Source of the DNA: Candidatus Cloacimonadales bacterium
GTDB lineage: Bacteria; Cloacimonadota; Cloacimonadia; Cloacimonadales; JAFGVF01
DNA length: 64,000 nt
Direction: 5' to 3'
Assembly: GCA_963677495.2 (NCBI GenBank)
Contig: CAXXOU010000004.1
Location: 1,216,001-1,280,000, forward strand
In this document: one piece after another, positions 60,765 through 64,000 of the stretch
Layout: each line of letters starts with the position of its first letter
How positions within the stretch are numbered: the stretch's first letter is position 1
The notes under the pieces: generated by a model
Told to the model about the DNA's origin: nothing
Databases searched by the model: none
The model's input: the letters and a program-made list of their open reading frames with translations, nothing else
Position numbers and translations under genes: made by a program

Positions 60765-61355
60765 ATGAATTACAAAATTAAATTAGAAAAGCCACAAGAT
60801 TACGAAGAAGTAAATCTACTTACCAGAAAAGCTTTCTGGAACGATGAAAAGTATGAAAAAGATGGATTAGGCTGTGATGAACATTATCTTGCACATCTAC
60901 TTAGAGATGCTCCTGAGTTTATTCACGAACTTGATTTTGTGATTGAAAAGGATGGCAAGATTGTTGCCAATATTATGTACACACATTGTAAAGTTATTGA
61001 TAATGTTGGAACAGTACATAAAGTTATTACCTTTGGACCTGTGAGTGTACTTCCTGATTATCAAAAACAGGGATATGGGACAATCATAATTAAGCATTCT
61101 CTTCAAATTGCCAAGGAGATGGGATTCCCGGCTGTGATTATTTTCGGTCATCCAGAATACTATCCTAGATTTGGTTTCAAAGAAGCAGGAGATTATGGTA
61201 TCACTACTTCTGATGGTCACACTTTCCCAGCGTTCATGGCTCTTGAGCTTGAATCAGGTTCACTTAAAAATGTTTCTGGAAAGCTACATATCTCCCCTGT
61301 CTTCACTATAGACCAGAAAGAAGCTCTTAATTTCGACAATCAATTCAAGGAATAA
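60765..61355 (+). CDS. GNAT family N-acetyltransferase (YhbS-like)
   Basis: GPVSVLPDYQKQGYG, GHPEYYPRFGF. Confidence 0.9.
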   Translation: MNYKIKLEKPQDYEEVNLLTRKAFWNDEKYEKDGLGCDEHYLAHLLRDAPEFIHELDFVIEKDGKIVANIMYTHCKVIDNVGTVHKVITFGPVSVLPDYQKQGYGTIIIKHSLQIAKEMGFPAVIIFGHPEYYPRFGFKEAGDYGITTSDGHTFPAFMALELESGSLKNVSGKLHISPVFTIDQKEALNFDNQFKE

Positions 61356-61413
61356 ACATTGACGATATAAAATTACTCCTTAAAGTTCGGCAACACTACT
61401 TTAAGGAGTATCT

Positions 61414-62574
61414 ATGACTAAGATGTTGAAGACTGTAATGTTAGTTGTTGTTATGCTCTCAGTTTTCGGGGGTTGTTTTGCAACAGAACTGAGCACAACT
61501 ACTAAGCTTGAAGATGTTATCGAAGTTCAGAAGTATTTCCGTTCAATTCACATCATGGCTATGCTATTAGCCGGTTTCGGGTTCTTAATGGTATTCATTA
61601 GAAAGTATGGTCGAACAGCAATTACAGCTACATATATGATGGTTAGTATTGCTATCCCAACCTATTTTCTAGTTGAACACTTTGGATGGTTTGCTCATCC
61701 GGGAGCACCAATTAATAGCCTAATTCTTGCAGAGTTTGCAGCTGCTGCTCTTCTGATTAGTGCAGGAGCAGTACTTGGGAGATTAAAAGTATATCAATAC
61801 ATACTACTCGGTTTACTATTCGTTCCTGCCTACACCTTGAATGAATGGATTATGTTATCAGGTGGTTTTGGACTTATTCCTGAAGGCACGTTAGTTGATA
61901 CCGGTGGTTCAATTGTAATTCATACATTTGGTGCTATCTTTGGACTTGGGCTAATCTTCTCACTTACGACTAAAAAAGAGTTCGAGACTGAAGTTGAATC
62001 AGATGCGGTTAGTGATAGATTCTCTCTACTTGGCAGTATGATTCTTTGGATATTCTGGCCAAGTTTCTGTGCTGCTTTAGTTGCACCAAAGGACCTGATA
62101 CCGACTGTTATCAATGTAATACTTGCTCTCTGTGGTTCCACTCTTGCAACTTATGTTGCATCAGTTGGTCTTCGCAAGAAAGTATCTCCTGAAGACATTG
62201 CAAATGCTACTTTAGCCGGTGGTGTTGCTATTGGTTCAACTTGCGATGTGACAATAGCCCCTTATGCGTTCATTATTGGTATTCTTGCAGGATTACTATC
62301 TACATTAGGTTTTGCAGTTATTAAAGAGAAACTTCAAGCTGTTATCAAGAAGATGGATACATGTGGTGTCCTTTATCTTCATGGTTTACCCGGTATCCTC
62401 GGTGGTCTCGCAGCTCTCTTTGTTACTAAAGGCATCAATGTACAATCTCAATTATTAGGTCTTTTGATAACTGTAATTGTTGCACTTGTAACCGGTTTAA
62501 TTATTGGTAAAATCGTCTCATTTACAGGTAAAGTCACTCTACCTTATGATGATGAAAATGATTTAGAAGTATAG
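61414..62574 (+). CDS. Rh-type (Rh50-like) ammonium/gas channel
   Basis: H.MAMLL.GFGFLM.F.RKYG, DTGGSIVIHTFGA, DTCGV..LHG.PG twin-His. Confidence 0.85.
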   Translation: MTKMLKTVMLVVVMLSVFGGCFATELSTTTKLEDVIEVQKYFRSIHIMAMLLAGFGFLMVFIRKYGRTAITATYMMVSIAIPTYFLVEHFGWFAHPGAPINSLILAEFAAAALLISAGAVLGRLKVYQYILLGLLFVPAYTLNEWIMLSGGFGLIPEGTLVDTGGSIVIHTFGAIFGLGLIFSLTTKKEFETEVESDAVSDRFSLLGSMILWIFWPSFCAALVAPKDLIPTVINVILALCGSTLATYVASVGLRKKVSPEDIANATLAGGVAIGSTCDVTIAPYAFIIGILAGLLSTLGFAVIKEKLQAVIKKMDTCGVLYLHGLPGILGGLAALFVTKGINVQSQLLGLLITVIVALVTGLIIGKIVSFTGKVTLPYDDENDLEV

Positions 62575-62590
62575 ATTTTAAAAGAAGATT

Positions 62591-62618
62591 GGGAGTTCCT
62601 ATTACGGAACTCCCTTTC
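62591..62618 (+). terminator. Terminator hairpin between convergent genes
   Basis: GGGAGTTCC-TATTAC-GGAACTCCC-TTT. Confidence 0.75.
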
Positions 62619-62622
62619 CAAT

Positions 62623-63501
62623 TTATATTGTATGTCTTAAGGGAACGCTGTTTAGCCTTTCAGCACTCATTCCGGCAATAGTATCATCTATTTTCTTTAT
62701 TATTTCTGTCTTATCGCGTGGTAAAACAGCATCAAATGAAAGTGAGTTGATGACATGGATTCCAAGATATGATACATTCTTTAAATCTATCAACTCAATC
62801 AACTTCTTCTGTTCTTCGAATACTTCCAACTCAGTAGCTAATTCGAACTTATCATTCGCTATATCCTTAGCTAATTGACTGCCTTCAGCAGGACTTAATG
62901 TTGTTGGTACAATGCCGACCGGATTAGTTGCATTGATTAGCTTAGCTGTTGCTATTGCATTATCGATACCCTTTCCCCTACCGGCTGCACCGAACATGAA
63001 TCCAAAGAGATAGTCAATCCCTGCCTTATTCAACCTTTTAAGCTGAACATAGGAATCTTGAAGACTGAAGCCCTTGTTGTGGTAGATCAATGCTTCTTCC
63101 AGTCCTGTCTCAGCACCAACCCATAATTCATTAATCTTTAGTTCTCTTAGCTCTTTCAACTCTTCATCTGTTTTCCCTTTTATATTGTTGATAGAAGCAT
63201 ACATTGTAATCACTTCTACTTCCGGGAAATACTTGATTACAAGCTCTGCAATAGGTTTCAATCTACTTGCAGCTAACACAAAAGCATCACCATTGACAAG
63301 AAAGACTCTTCGAACACTTCCATATAAGTTTCTAGCTTCAATGATATCTTTTTCGATTTGCTCTAATGATTCAGTTGCAAACTTCACGTCCCGATACATA
63401 TTGCAAAACGTACATTTGTTATGAGCACAACCAACAGTTACCTGAAGCAACAAAGTATTCGCTTCATATGGTGGTCTATATATTGGTCCTGTAAATTTCA
63501 T
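62623..63501 (-). CDS. Radical SAM protein
   Basis: YRPPYEA...GCAHNKCTFC. Confidence 0.88.
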   Translation of the reverse strand: MKFTGPIYRPPYEANTLLLQVTVGCAHNKCTFCNMYRDVKFATESLEQIEKDIIEARNLYGSVRRVFLVNGDAFVLAASRLKPIAELVIKYFPEVEVITMYASINNIKGKTDEELKELRELKINELWVGAETGLEEALIYHNKGFSLQDSYVQLKRLNKAGIDYLFGFMFGAAGRGKGIDNAIATAKLINATNPVGIVPTTLSPAEGSQLAKDIANDKFELATELEVFEEQKKLIELIDLKNVSYLGIHVINSLSFDAVLPRDKTEIIKKIDDTIAGMSAERLNSVPLRHTI

Positions 63502-63511
63502 AGCTTGTTTC

Positions 63512-63808
63512 CTAACCGATCTGTGTCATCTCACTGACGATAAATTCTTTAACTGCTCCTTCTGTAGCTTCCAGATATGCAGCAAGATGAGGGTTATTCA
63601 TATGCTTCTGCCAAAGCTCCCTATTCTCCCAATTCTCGAAGAACATGAAAGAATTTGGATTATCATTGTCCTGATGCAAATCATACTGCAGACAACCCTC
63701 TTCAGCTCTTGTTACATCAATAAGTTTTACTAATTCCTTCAACACTAAATTTCTTTTCTCTTCATGTGCCAATATTCTTGCAACAATCGTTAATTTTCCG
63801 TTTTCCAT
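63512..63808 (-). CDS. ABM-family putative quinol monooxygenase
   Basis: TRAEEGCLQYDLH, E.W, H...PH. Confidence 0.88.
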   Translation of the reverse strand: MENGKLTIVARILAHEEKRNLVLKELVKLIDVTRAEEGCLQYDLHQDNDNPNSFMFFENWENRELWQKHMNNPHLAAYLEATEGAVKEFIVSEMTQIG

Positions 63809-63935
63809 TTCATCTCCTATACTATTTCTTTTTACTATACTTTTTATATTTACTACATATTTTACTGATTAGACATATTGTCAAACAAATTTTTCATTTA
63901 TATCCCGTTCCTTTTGCGATAACGCAAACTTTTAG

Positions 63936-64000
63936 TAAACTCTTTAGCAAAACGCAGTCATCCCACTGTTTTCCCACTGTGCACGCACTGTGCTCCCAGT
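63936..64000. repeat. Second copy of the CACTG-phased element (truncated by the window end)
   Basis: 59/65 identity to 23221-23285. Confidence 0.9.

Overview
AT-rich bacterial chromosomal segment. The C-terminal 'IYPNPFNPSTTISF' sorting-type domain and FCB-like envelope genes suggest a Cloacimonadota-like organism (inference only). Positions 1-43 kb are mostly housekeeping and envelope genes: M3 peptidase, TamB-like, lolD/lolCE-like, radA, nusB, manA, corA, rho, U32, mutS, PPIase, lepB, hemW, MlaD, an Omp85 fusion and rnhC. An intact IS3 element sits at 21819-23175. After tRNA-Arg(CCT) at 43708-43784 comes an accessory region with a large secreted repeat protein bounded by a second, divergent 3' half of tRNA-Arg, a BLUF-adenylyl cyclase (bPAC/OaPAC-like), PAS/HisKA_2 kinases, an NMNAT-like gene coupled to a broken primase-helicase, an AbiE toxin-antitoxin pair and an Rh-type ammonium channel. 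The most unusual non-coding signal is a dispersed family of intergenic elements (about 7 in the window) built from pentamers repeated at an 11-bp period, mostly inside inverted-repeat arms. Two copies show compensatory base changes and two carry inverted DnaA-box pairs.
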